IMG/VR virus record: IMGVR_UViG_3300022910_000005
Span: 1 to 64,000 of that record
Reading direction: 5' to 3' (one strand)
DNA from: a virus
DNA: 64,000 bases
Every line of letters begins with the position of its first letter. The first letter of the stretch is position 1. Both the position numbers and the translations under genes were made by a program. A model generated the notes under the pieces. It saw only the letters and a program-made list of their open reading frames with translations, made no database searches and was not told where the DNA came from. This document shows, piece after piece, positions 49,947-59,507 of the stretch.

Positions 49947-52633
49947 TGGGCCTGTTCGCCGCCCCCAAGAAGACGACCTGGACGACACCGGTCCGCAAGA
50001 CGATCGCTCTCGCGCCGACGGCCAAGCAGGTGGTGCGCAACCTGATCCTGCTGAAGGACGGCAGCGTGCTGGCCGGTTACCGGATCGGCGACGCACGCTG
50101 GGACTTCACCGGCAAGGACGCGAAGATCATGCGGATGGACCAGGACGCGGACGTGTTCGCCGCGCTGGTCGGCCGGTCCTACCACGAGCGGGTCACCACC
50201 CGCCCGCACCCGGTCGCGACCTGGGCCGGGAACCTCGACAAGCGGACGCCACGCCCGACGCCCGACATCCACACCTGCGACCTGAGCGCGGGCCTTTCCC
50301 AGGGCGACCTGCTGAACGGCCGGTGCGGCTGCGAGACGTGGGGCCGTCACCTGATCCGCCAGCAGGACGTCATCGCCCGTTCCGGCATGAACGACAAGAT
50401 CGTCTTCCGCTACTTCGGCCTGACCGTGAAGGTGTCGCCGCGCACCGACCTTCGCAAGCAGATCAACGAGTTCGTGAAGACCGGCAAGGCGTCCGGCGTC
50501 GTGGCTCGGCTGATCGCCGACGAGAAGCGCGTCAGCGACATCGTGACCGGCTGGCCGGGCTCCAAGCGGATGAGCGAGTACGAGCAGGGCTGGCTGCGGG
50601 TCCGCTCGCTGTCGCCCGGCGTCATCCCCACCGGCATCCACAGCAAGGACCGGGGCGGCTGGGACGAACTGGCCCTGCCTGCCCTCGCGTCCGACACCCG
50701 GTGGGCCGAGACGCCTTTCGGCCGGACCGTGACCGTCACCTCGTTCGCCGACGGCAAGCAGGTCGAGTCGGCCGTGCGCGTGCTGACGATGGCGCGGATG
50801 GCCGACCTGAACTACCCGGAGAACGGGATGCCGCCGTGGCAGGTGCACGGCGAGTCCGTCCTGGACGCTTCCGGCCGCCCGTTCCCGGTGGAGTGGTCGG
50901 TCGTCGGCCGTCTGCGCTCCGGCGAGGAACTGGCCAAGGAGGTGGAATTCGAACTGCGGCGCGTCCAGCACGTCAAGGGCGACTACGAGGATCACAGCGA
51001 ACTGCCGCCGTCGAACGTCGGCAAGGCCATCGCCGTCGCCGTCGACACCCGCGACCAGGTCACCACCGGCCAGGCTGCTGTCGCCGCCAGGTTCCAGGGA
51101 CAGATCAACGTGATCATCTCCGGCCAGGCGACCGAGAACCTCACCGCCGAGCAGGTGGTCGAGGAGCGGTGCGCCGCGTTCACCCGGATGTACGCCAACG
51201 CTGGCCTGCGGATGGACTTCACCGGCTCCGACAGCCAGTCGTTCATGCTGGCCAGCACGGTGCCCGGTGAGCCGTACGACCGGCTCGGCTTCCAGCGTCG
51301 CCTGCGGCTGCCGTTCCTGACGGCCGGGATGCCGAACGTCTCCTCGTCCGTCGGTGACGGCGTCGGCCCGTACCTGGGCCACACCCGGGGAGCGACCCGG
51401 CGCGCGGTGCAGCACGACCCGCACTTCGCCACGGAAGGTCTGCGGACCGGCCGGGGCCAGAACATGCACGTCGTGCTCGGCACGCTCGGTGCCGGGAAGT
51501 CCGTCGTGACCGGCTCCATCGGCTACAACGCCGTCCGCCGGGGCATCCGCACGGTCATCTCCGACCCGTCCGGCCCGCTCGCGGCGCTGACGAAAATGCC
51601 GGAGATCGCGGACGTTTCGCAGGAGATCAACCTGCTGAACGGCGCGCGGGGCATCCTGTCCCCGGCCGCACTGATCCGCGACCCGCTGCTGACCGAGTAC
51701 GACGAGCCCGGCCAGTTCGCGGAGGCCCTGGGCCAGGCGGCGGCCGAGCGGCGGGACCTGATGGTCGACATGGCCAAGCGCTGCCTGCCGGACTACCTGA
51801 TGAAGGACCAGGCCGAAGCCCGCACGGAGGCGGCCCTGCGCCTGGCCGCTCGCCAGCACGCCGAGACGCGGGACGGCTGGAAGCAGACCGACACCATGTG
51901 GGACCTGATGCGTCCGCTGAAGGACAGCACCGACGACTGGGCGAAGGCCGTCCACGGTGCGCTGACGGACGCCTCCACCGCTCCGCTGCTGCGCCTCATG
52001 TTCCCGGAGCCGGGCGCTCCCGGCAGCATCGGGCACTACGACAAGACGCTCACGGTGATCACTACCCCTGGCATCGTGCGGGCCGTGGACGGCACGCCGC
52101 GCAAGGACTGGAACCCGCTGGAGGTCGGGGCCGACGTGGTGCTGCGCCTGGTCGGACTGTTCACCGACCGGCTGATCTACTCGAAGACCCGCAGCGAACG
52201 CTGCATCGCGATCTTCGACGAGGCCGAGTCGCTGACGGACTTCGGGCCGGGCCGGTCCATGCTGTCCCGGCTGGGCCGCGACCACTCCAAGTGGAACATC
52301 GCCGTCTACCTGGCCGTGAAAAGCATCAACCCGCAGATGCTTTCGGGGGAGTTGAAGAACTTCCTCGCCAGCGTGTTCGTCGGCCGGATGGCATCGCGCG
52401 AACCGGCCGAGGCCGCGCTGGAACTGCTGGGGCTGACCGACAAGCGGTACGCGCAGGTGCTCATGGGCCTGTCCACGTACGTGCCCGGCGAGTTCGTCCA
52501 CGCCGACGTGGCCGGGAACGTGGGGATGCTGAAGGTCGACGTGGACTACCACCCGGCCCTGAAGGACGCACTGCTGACCGACCCGACTCCGGAAGGCTCC
52601 GGCCACTGGACCCTTGAAGAGGAGATCGCCTGA
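49946..52633 (+). CDS. VirB4-like conjugative ATPase
   Basis: 895 aa; C-terminal GTLGAGKS, ISDPSG, IFDEAE, R.GR motifs; GPYLG upstream of the P-loop. Confidence 0.82.
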   Translation: MGLFAAPKKTTWTTPVRKTIALAPTAKQVVRNLILLKDGSVLAGYRIGDARWDFTGKDAKIMRMDQDADVFAALVGRSYHERVTTRPHPVATWAGNLDKRTPRPTPDIHTCDLSAGLSQGDLLNGRCGCETWGRHLIRQQDVIARSGMNDKIVFRYFGLTVKVSPRTDLRKQINEFVKTGKASGVVARLIADEKRVSDIVTGWPGSKRMSEYEQGWLRVRSLSPGVIPTGIHSKDRGGWDELALPALASDTRWAETPFGRTVTVTSFADGKQVESAVRVLTMARMADLNYPENGMPPWQVHGESVLDASGRPFPVEWSVVGRLRSGEELAKEVEFELRRVQHVKGDYEDHSELPPSNVGKAIAVAVDTRDQVTTGQAAVAARFQGQINVIISGQATENLTAEQVVEERCAAFTRMYANAGLRMDFTGSDSQSFMLASTVPGEPYDRLGFQRRLRLPFLTAGMPNVSSSVGDGVGPYLGHTRGATRRAVQHDPHFATEGLRTGRGQNMHVVLGTLGAGKSVVTGSIGYNAVRRGIRTVISDPSGPLAALTKMPEIADVSQEINLLNGARGILSPAALIRDPLLTEYDEPGQFAEALGQAAAERRDLMVDMAKRCLPDYLMKDQAEARTEAALRLAARQHAETRDGWKQTDTMWDLMRPLKDSTDDWAKAVHGALTDASTAPLLRLMFPEPGAPGSIGHYDKTLTVITTPGIVRAVDGTPRKDWNPLEVGADVVLRLVGLFTDRLIYSKTRSERCIAIFDEAESLTDFGPGRSMLSRLGRDHSKWNIAVYLAVKSINPQMLSGELKNFLASVFVGRMASREPAEAALELLGLTDKRYAQVLMGLSTYVPGEFVHADVAGNVGMLKVDVDYHPALKDALLTDPTPEGSGHWTLEEEIA

Positions 52634-54429
52634 TGTTGAAGGGTTTTCACCGCTACGTGCGGCTGGCCCAGTTATCGGTGGTGCTGATGCTGGTGGCGTT
52701 CGCACTGATCATCCACGCCGCCTCGGCCCACGCTTCCGCCCCGGCCGGGATCGACGTGCCGGGCGTGGAGGTATGCCCGAAGGAGGCACCGTTCGCGCAG
52801 ACGCCGGAGTCCGGGCTGGCCGGGCTTCTCGGTGAGCGTCCGCTGAAGATCACCACCGACAACTCCCCCGATCACATCTGGACGACGGGCGGCTTCGCTG
52901 GCCTCCAGTCGAACACCTACGACCTCGGCTGTGGCATGAACCCCGGCAACTGGGTGAAAATCACCAGCGCGCACACCGGTTCGTCGATGAGCAACTTCTT
53001 CCTGTCGGCCGGGGACTCGATGGTGTCGCTGACGGACTCGATCGACCGGCGGGCGTGGCAGCCGCAGTGGCTGCTGTCGTTCCTGGACGACTTCATGTTC
53101 CGGGTGACGGGGATGACGAACACGCTCATCCTGCTGCCGTTCCTGGGCCTGGCGCTGGCGCTGGTCGGAGTGATCCTCGTCTGGAAGTCCAACGATGGTG
53201 ACTATGCCGCTGCCGCAACGAGTGTCGGCTGGATCTTCATCGTCCTTGCCATCACGTCGCTGCTGGTGACGACGCCGCTGATCGTCGCGAAGTTCGGCAC
53301 GAGCGTCGGCTCCACGTCGGTCGCGGTGCTGAACGGCGGCGCGAACGCCTCCGACGCCGTCACCAACCAGGTGGTCAAGAACGTCGAGTACCAGGGCTGG
53401 CTGCGTCGCAACTTCGGCCCGTCGGACACGGAGGTCGGCAAGAAGTACGGGCCGGAACTGCTGGCGGCCAGCCGGGTTTCGTGGGCGGAACTGGACAAGG
53501 TCAACGCCCTGCCCGCCGACAAGCAGTCGCAGGCGCGTTCCGATCTGACGGACGCGAAGGCGAAGAAGTTCAAGGACATCGCCGCGAAGGTGAAGGACGA
53601 AGACCCGACGGCCTACAAGTACCTGACCGGTGAGATCATCGGCACCCAGGAGAGCATCGTCGAGGTGATCTTCCTGTTCATGGCGTGCGCGCTGCGGATG
53701 ATGGTGGCGATCCTGATGATCGCCTGCGTGATCAGCCTGGCCCTGATCAGCATCCTGTGGGTGCTGCTGACGCCGGTCCTCATCCAGCCGCCGTTCAAGA
53801 TGCTGGACGGGCGCACACTCGGCACCGGCCTGCTGAACGGTTCGATGCGCGCCCTGCTGTACGTCGGCGAAGCGGCGCTCGGCGCATGGCTTTACGGCTT
53901 CTTCCTCCAGGCGTGCATGGCCCCGGGCCTGAACCTCTGGTGGTCGCTGCTGCTGCTGACGATCGGCACGCTGATCGCCTGGTTCATGATCGGCCCGTTC
54001 GGCAAGTTGATGGCGATCCTGTCGCTGGGCCGGGCCGACACCGGAGCCTCCTACGTCGGCAAGGCCGTGAAGGGCGCGCTGATGGCCTGGGGCGGCGGCC
54101 TGATCGCCGGGCTGGCGGCGGCGAAGTCGGTCAACGATCACGAGGACGAGGAGCGGGCGGCGGCCCCAGAGCGGCTGTCTGAGACGATCCAGCAGCCGCA
54201 GGTCGTGCACGCCACCGTCTACAACCCGTGGGAGCACCAGATGGACGACACGGTGCGCACCGAGCACTTCCCCGACGCAGACCGGACGCTGCCGACCGGC
54301 GGCACCCCGGAACTGCCGATGTACCGGCGCGGTGCCGAACCGGCCCCGCCGCCGGACGAGACCGCCAGCCCGTACGCCACGTACGAGCGGGAAAGTTCTT
54401 CTGATGACAACGAGGGAGCGCACCTGTGA
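52633..54429 (+). CDS. VirB6/TcpH-like polytopic membrane protein
   Basis: signal-like N-terminus, multiple TM segments, low-complexity C-terminal tail; follows VirB4. Confidence 0.7.
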   Translation: MLKGFHRYVRLAQLSVVLMLVAFALIIHAASAHASAPAGIDVPGVEVCPKEAPFAQTPESGLAGLLGERPLKITTDNSPDHIWTTGGFAGLQSNTYDLGCGMNPGNWVKITSAHTGSSMSNFFLSAGDSMVSLTDSIDRRAWQPQWLLSFLDDFMFRVTGMTNTLILLPFLGLALALVGVILVWKSNDGDYAAAATSVGWIFIVLAITSLLVTTPLIVAKFGTSVGSTSVAVLNGGANASDAVTNQVVKNVEYQGWLRRNFGPSDTEVGKKYGPELLAASRVSWAELDKVNALPADKQSQARSDLTDAKAKKFKDIAAKVKDEDPTAYKYLTGEIIGTQESIVEVIFLFMACALRMMVAILMIACVISLALISILWVLLTPVLIQPPFKMLDGRTLGTGLLNGSMRALLYVGEAALGAWLYGFFLQACMAPGLNLWWSLLLLTIGTLIAWFMIGPFGKLMAILSLGRADTGASYVGKAVKGALMAWGGGLIAGLAAAKSVNDHEDEERAAAPERLSETIQQPQVVHATVYNPWEHQMDDTVRTEHFPDADRTLPTGGTPELPMYRRGAEPAPPPDETASPYATYERESSSDDNEGAHL

Positions 54430-54923
54430 TCACCTGGATGTTCCAGAGCCCCGACCGGCTGAAGCGGGTGGCGATCACCTTCGCGCTGACCTGCGTGACG
54501 CTGACGATCCTGCTGACGATCGTCCGGGTCCACGACCTGGCTTCCCACCGGCCGACCGCCGAGCCGACCTACGGGGCCACCACGGAATCGACCGCTACCG
54601 GCCTGCTGCCGCCGTCTCCCAGCCCCGAACCGGCTCCGGCGACCACGGAGTACGGACCGGCCACGCCGATCGCCCTGGAGGCCGCTCAGGCGTTCCTCCA
54701 GGGGGACCGGAGCCGGTTCGCTGAACTGGCCCAGCCGGACGTCGTCGAGTCCGCCAACGAAGCGCCCACGCCCGGCGGGCAGATCACCGCGCCCGGCCGC
54801 GTCCTGCTCGGCGGGCCGACCCAGCAGAAGATCCTGGTGCCGACCAGCGAAGGCGACCTGACCCTCACCATGATCGTCATCGACGGGGCCTGGAAGGTCG
54901 CCGGGATGGAGTACGCGAAGTGA
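54426..54923 (+). CDS. VirB8/TcpC-like bitopic protein
   Basis: single TM, Pro/Thr linker, AAQAF...W.V NTF2-like pattern. Confidence 0.5.
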   Translation: MITWMFQSPDRLKRVAITFALTCVTLTILLTIVRVHDLASHRPTAEPTYGATTESTATGLLPPSPSPEPAPATTEYGPATPIALEAAQAFLQGDRSRFAELAQPDVVESANEAPTPGGQITAPGRVLLGGPTQQKILVPTSEGDLTLTMIVIDGAWKVAGMEYAK

Positions 54924-55244
54924 GCCGGTCGCAGCGGAGGATAGAACTGGACCTGAAGTACGGAATTGTCACCATGATGATCGTCGAGGCGGCCTGCTTC
55001 GCCGTTCCGTTCTGGCTGCTGGTTGCGCTCGTCCGGTGGTGGGCGGCGTGAGCAACTGGGTGCCGCCGCACATTCCGATCCGGGACCATCCCGGGCCGCC
55101 CCGCTGCTGGATGTGCAACCGGCGGCTGCGCTGGTGGCAGATGACCACCTGCCGGACCTGCTCGCCGCACTTCCACGACTTCATGTGGCTGCACAACCAC
55201 ATGGGCCGCAACACGTTCGCCCCACCCGACCGATGGAGGAACCG

Positions 55245-56228
55245 ATGAAGATCTGGATCGCTGCGGGCGCAGCCAGCCTGGCCGGGCTCGTCGCGGTTCC
55301 GCTCGCCATCACCAGTCTGATGTTCGGCCCACCGCCGCTGCCCGCGCTCAGCATCGCCACCCAAGAGGTCTCCTCCTGCACGGTGCAGATCCCGGCCAGC
55401 GCGCGCACGGCCGGAGCACTGTCGGCCGAGCAGGTCGCGAAATATGCGTACGCGGCCGGTTTCCGTGGGCAGGACATCAACATCGCCGTGGCCGTGGCCC
55501 GCGCCGAGTCCGGCTGGCGGCCGACCGCAACCCTGCTGAACACCAACGGCAGCACCGACCACGGCCTGTTCCAGATCAACTCGATCCACGCGGCGATCCT
55601 CGCGGAAGGGAACTGGGCTGACCCGGCCGACAACGCGAAGATGGCGTTCAAGGTCTGGACGCAGGCGGGCGGCAAATGGTCCCCGTGGGTGACGTACTGG
55701 CGCGGCACCTACAAGCAGTACCTGACGGACGTCGACCCGAAACCCACCTGCACCACACCGAAGTCGACCGGCCCGTGCAAGAAGGTGAGCGGTGAGTTCT
55801 CCAACGGGCTCATCCCGGCCAGCGCGCTCTGCACCCTGTGGACCAACCGCCACCACCGCCTGCGGGCCGACGCCGCCAACTCGTTCGACGCGATGAGCCG
55901 GGCGTACATGGCGAAATTCGGTGTGCGGCTGTGCCTTACGGACTCCTACCGGCCGCTGTCCGTGCAGATCGACCTGAAGCGGCGGAAGGGTTTCCTAGCC
56001 GCGAAGCCCGGCACGTCCAACCACGGCTGGGGTCTGGCTGTCGATCTGTGCGCTCGCGGCAGCCAGGAGAACCCGCAGCCGTGGAACCGTGGCACCGAGG
56101 ACGACGTGTGGCTGCACCAGAACGCACCGAAGTTCGGCTGGGTCCACCCCGGCTGGGCTGAGCCGTCCGGCTCGAAACCCGAACCCTGGCACTGGGGTTA
56201 CAACCTCGACAAGGAGCACGCACCGTGA
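55245..56228 (+). CDS. membrane-anchored lytic transglycosylase + M15B D,D-peptidase (VirB1/TcpG-like)
   Basis: AESG...GLFQIN; SYR...PGTSNHGWGLAVD...EPWHW. Confidence 0.88.
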   Translation: MKIWIAAGAASLAGLVAVPLAITSLMFGPPPLPALSIATQEVSSCTVQIPASARTAGALSAEQVAKYAYAAGFRGQDINIAVAVARAESGWRPTATLLNTNGSTDHGLFQINSIHAAILAEGNWADPADNAKMAFKVWTQAGGKWSPWVTYWRGTYKQYLTDVDPKPTCTTPKSTGPCKKVSGEFSNGLIPASALCTLWTNRHHRLRADAANSFDAMSRAYMAKFGVRLCLTDSYRPLSVQIDLKRRKGFLAAKPGTSNHGWGLAVDLCARGSQENPQPWNRGTEDDVWLHQNAPKFGWVHPGWAEPSGSKPEPWHWGYNLDKEHAP

Positions 56229-56473
56229 GCGATCCGCTTGACCTTCTGGGTGTTGCCGCCATGCGAAAACTACGGGCCCAGCAGGAACTTGCCGCAGCGA
56301 ACGCCTCCCTGGCAGCCGCCCTGCGACTCATGGCAGCCCGGCCTGGCGAACCGAAGTGCAGGGTCGGGCAGCACGCACGGGCCTACCTCGGCCTGCATGG
56401 ATTCGGACCAGAAGAGATGACGGCGCTCGGTATTTCGGACAGCAGTGTCAGGAACATGCTCGACGCGGGGTAG
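56225..56473 (+). CDS. small hypothetical protein (possible HTH)
   Basis: GTGA overlap; LGISDSSVRNML. Confidence 0.45.
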   Translation: MSDPLDLLGVAAMRKLRAQQELAAANASLAAALRLMAARPGEPKCRVGQHARAYLGLHGFGPEEMTALGISDSSVRNMLDAG

Positions 56474-56482
56474 GCAGCGAAA

Positions 56483-56514
56483 AGCCCGGCCAGGCAACCG
56501 CCCGGCCGGGCTTC
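56483..56514. terminator. terminator between the transfer operon and the lysis genes
   Basis: identical to 17601-17632. Confidence 0.85.
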
Positions 56515-56543
56515 GTCGTGTTCGCGACCTGCCAGACGAAGGA

Positions 56544-56786
56544 TCAGACGTCAGACAGCGTGCTGGCCGAGTCCGGGTTGCCGACCTGCTTGGCCACGAA
56601 CACCTTGACGGAGTTCAGACCGGCCAGGATGATCGGGGCCGACCAGATCGGCAGATCGAGGGAGTCGATCGACAGCAGGACGGACGTCACGACACCGTAG
56701 GACGTGGTCCAGAAGATCCGCTCCAGGGCGTCCTTCATGAACTTCGGCTGACGGTACCGGGGGACGGCCGGGGTTTCGTTGGTCAC
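56544..56786 (-). CDS. holin
   Basis: 80 aa, KDALERIFWT, two hydrophobic segments, downstream of endolysin. Confidence 0.75.
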   Translation of the reverse strand: MTNETPAVPRYRQPKFMKDALERIFWTTSYGVVTSVLLSIDSLDLPIWSAPIILAGLNSVKVFVAKQVGNPDSASTLSDV

Positions 56787-56803
56787 TGGTTTTCTCCTGA
56801 GGG

Positions 56804-57835
56804 TCAGACCGAGCGGGATTCGCCGGTCGGGTTGGACGGGATCAGCGTACTCGCCAGGTCGTTGACCTTGCCTTCGATCGTGGCCAGGGAGAGCGCCGTC
56901 GCCTCGCGGGCGGCCTTCTCCTCGTCCAGCGCGGCGGTCAGCGTCACCAGCAGGTTGTAGACCCGCTCGGCGGCCGGGCCGCCCCACTTCGCGAGCCGGT
57001 CGTAGGTCAGTTCGTCGCCCAACTTCCACGGCGTGGCGCTGGGGCCGTTGTTGCTGTTCATCTGGTCGACCATGTACTGGCTGGTCAACTTGACGGACAG
57101 GTCGTCCTTGGTGAGTGCGGCCACGCTGGGCTCCTTCGGTGGGTCCGGCTTCTCGACCGGAGGCTTGGGCTTCGGGGGGTTGAGCGCGCTCACGACGCGC
57201 GGGATGACGATCGCCTTCAACTGGGCGATCCGGGCGGGACCGGGGCAGCCCTTGCCGACCGCGCCAGACCACTGCACGCCGCCCTTCACCAGCCAGCCGG
57301 AGCCGGACGGCTTGAAGCCGGTCGAATGCTTGCAGCCCTGCCGGTGGTAGGCGATCCCCCGGCGGCCGGGCTTCGTGTCCGGCACCAGCCTGGCCGGGAT
57401 TCCGACCTTGTGGCACTCGAAGTGGCTCGGGCAGTCCTTGTGGGCTTCCTTCGAGCAGAGCCAGGTCACCAGCCGGACGATCGCGTCGATCTGCTCGGGC
57501 GTCCATCCGGCGATGTCCTCGACGAGACGCGGTGCGTTGTCAGCGGTTTCGATGGAGATGACCCCCATGTTTCCGTTGAGGTTCGCGTCGGCCTTGTACG
57601 CCGTGTCGCCCCATTGGTAGACGACGCCGTTGAGGTCGGCGGCCTTGTCGCCGCCCCACTTGCCGCCGACACCGAAATGCGATTCGGTGCCGGACCAGCC
57701 GTTCTGGTGGAACATCGCGTCGGTCGACGTGAGGAAGCCGACCATTGTGTGCAGGCAGATGAAATCGTGCGACGTCATCGCCGCCTGGTGACCGGCGGCG
57801 AGCGGTCGCCACCGGGCTCGGGAGTACCTAGCCAT
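56804..57835 (-). CDS. endolysin, N-acetylmuramoyl-L-alanine amidase
   Basis: LHT, SHF, ISIET, YH, CPG motifs; Pro-rich linker. Confidence 0.88.
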   Translation of the reverse strand: MARYSRARWRPLAAGHQAAMTSHDFICLHTMVGFLTSTDAMFHQNGWSGTESHFGVGGKWGGDKAADLNGVVYQWGDTAYKADANLNGNMGVISIETADNAPRLVEDIAGWTPEQIDAIVRLVTWLCSKEAHKDCPSHFECHKVGIPARLVPDTKPGRRGIAYHRQGCKHSTGFKPSGSGWLVKGGVQWSGAVGKGCPGPARIAQLKAIVIPRVVSALNPPKPKPPVEKPDPPKEPSVAALTKDDLSVKLTSQYMVDQMNSNNGPSATPWKLGDELTYDRLAKWGGPAAERVYNLLVTLTAALDEEKAAREATALSLATIEGKVNDLASTLIPSNPTGESRSV

Positions 57836-58262
57836 CCTGTCGGTCCTTCATCTCGTCAGTCCGGGCACCGAGCCTGGTCACCTGGGCCAGCAGCGCGTCG
57901 TATCGCAGGTTCGCTTCGGCGCGTTCGGTGCGGATCTGGTTCTCCAATCGTGCCACATCGGCACGAAGTCGCTCCTGATCGAACAGCCAGCGGGCGCGCT
58001 CGGTCGCGTGCCGGGCTTCGTCGGCGATGCGCTGCGAACGCTCCTCGGCGAGCATCTCTCTCAACCGAGCCACGTCCTCGCCCAGTTCGTCGCGCGCTCG
58101 CGCGACGGTGGCGATGTTGGCGTCGACAACTCCGGCATAGCGCATTTCCTTTGGGGGTTCGGCCCGCCAGGCTCGGAAGGCGTCGTAGGCATACTTGACG
58201 CCCCCTCCTGAGAGTACCGCGAGAAACACGGTCACCCACGGGTCCGGTGTGGGGGTGGCCAT
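57828..58262 (-). CDS. TM + coiled-coil lysis-cassette protein
   Basis: N-terminal TM followed by coiled coil. Confidence 0.6.
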   Translation of the reverse strand: MATPTPDPWVTVFLAVLSGGGVKYAYDAFRAWRAEPPKEMRYAGVVDANIATVARARDELGEDVARLREMLAEERSQRIADEARHATERARWLFDQERLRADVARLENQIRTERAEANLRYDALLAQVTRLGARTDEMKDRQDG

Positions 58263-58720
58263 CAGCAGTCCTTGCGTCGGGTACGGACAATCTCCTTGAT
58301 CAACGCGGCCTCCTGCTCTTTCAGCCACCACCCCCGCAGTAGGCATACGCAGCCGACCGTGAAGAAGAACGCCGCCGTGGCCCCGGCTCGGCCCCAGGTC
58401 GACGCTCCGATCACCGCGACCGAGAAGGCCACGAGGGTCGTTGCGAACAGGTACAGACCACTGGCGATCAGCCCGAGACGCCGGGATGCGATCCCGAACG
58501 CCACGGAAGAGCCAGCCATGATCATCATTACGGCCCAGACAAGTTCCAACTTGTCCGGCAATGCTTGCAGGCTCACCGACGGAGAGTTGCCGGTGATGAT
58601 GTTCATGACGATCGCTGCCGCCCAGATCACCAGGCCCATCTCCAGGCCGTATTCACCGATCGCGTGCGGAAGCCGCCTCCTGAGGACGAACCGTCGCGCC
58701 CTTGCTCGCCACGGAGACAT
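58262..58720 (-). CDS. 4-TM membrane protein
   Basis: hydrophobic helices; typical position before the lysin. Confidence 0.65.
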   Translation of the reverse strand: MSPWRARARRFVLRRRLPHAIGEYGLEMGLVIWAAAIVMNIITGNSPSVSLQALPDKLELVWAVMMIMAGSSVAFGIASRRLGLIASGLYLFATTLVAFSVAVIGASTWGRAGATAAFFFTVGCVCLLRGWWLKEQEAALIKEIVRTRRKDC

Positions 58721-58790
58721 CAAGATCCTTCCACCACAACGATTCGAGCCTGGACCCTGATCGTATGTCAACCCGCCGGTAACGTGCGGA

Positions 58791-59507
58791 TCAGAACACC
58801 TGCGTGGGCGTCACGTACATCCGGCTGGCCGTCGAAACGGTCGTGGTGTTCGCGTTCGAAGCACCCTGAGCCCACTGCCACTGCAACGTCCCGGCCGCCG
58901 TCACGGTCACCAGCATGTCCTCATGCAACACCGACGCGGCCAGGCCAGCATCCAGACCGATCCGCACGGCGGTCGCGAACCCGTGGCCGGACGCCCGGCT
59001 GACTGATCCGGCCGACTGACCCTCGGCCGCCGTCGTGTTCTCGCCCGGACCCATCACCGAGCGGCCGTTCGAGGATATCGTCCCGCCCGTGAAGGCCCAG
59101 GCCGTCCGCAGGTCCGGGACGTCGGACGGCGATGAGCAGTGAGCGAACAGTTCGATCCGGTACGTGCCGATCGACAGCGGCCACGCCAAGTCCGTGTCGT
59201 TCACCAGCGTGGTCGACGAAGTGACGCCCTGGCTGGCCAGTTTCCGCTTGCAGATGGTGCCGGACGGGATGCCGGACAGGCGACCGCCGACGATCCACGT
59301 CGACTTCTGCTTGACCATCCACACCCGGTCGCCGACCAGCAGTTGCGAATCCTGGTCTCGCGCAAGCCATGCCAGGTCCGTCTGGTCGGTGCGCACCTTC
59401 CGGGCCGCGCCCGTGTCGATCGCGGTGATGACGCCGATTCGCAGGTCGGCCGTCGGCTCCTTGTCGGCCAGGAGCCCGGCCAGGTCTTGCGTCTGGTCAA
59501 TGCTCAC
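58791..59507 (-). CDS. minor tail protein
   Basis: VGDRV..W..G N-domain; AGTLQWQWAQ beta-sandwich C-domain. Confidence 0.75.
   Translation of the reverse strand: MSIDQTQDLAGLLADKEPTADLRIGVITAIDTGAARKVRTDQTDLAWLARDQDSQLLVGDRVWMVKQKSTWIVGGRLSGIPSGTICKRKLASQGVTSSTTLVNDTDLAWPLSIGTYRIELFAHCSSPSDVPDLRTAWAFTGGTISSNGRSVMGPGENTTAAEGQSAGSVSRASGHGFATAVRIGLDAGLAASVLHEDMLVTVTAAGTLQWQWAQGASNANTTTVSTASRMYVTPTQVF

Noticed and set aside
49886-54423. 939-aa and 583-aa minus-strand ORFs
   Set aside because: Antisense shadows of the VirB4- and VirB6-like genes; no motifs.
55245-56228. Second endolysin
   Set aside because: N-terminal TM anchor, opposite strand to the lysis cassette, and near the end of the VirB4 operon, which fits a transfer-associated wall hydrolase.
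48744-56514. Independent ICE or IS inserted in the phage
   Set aside because: No integrase, transposase or flanking direct repeats seen; promoter and terminator are phage-native.
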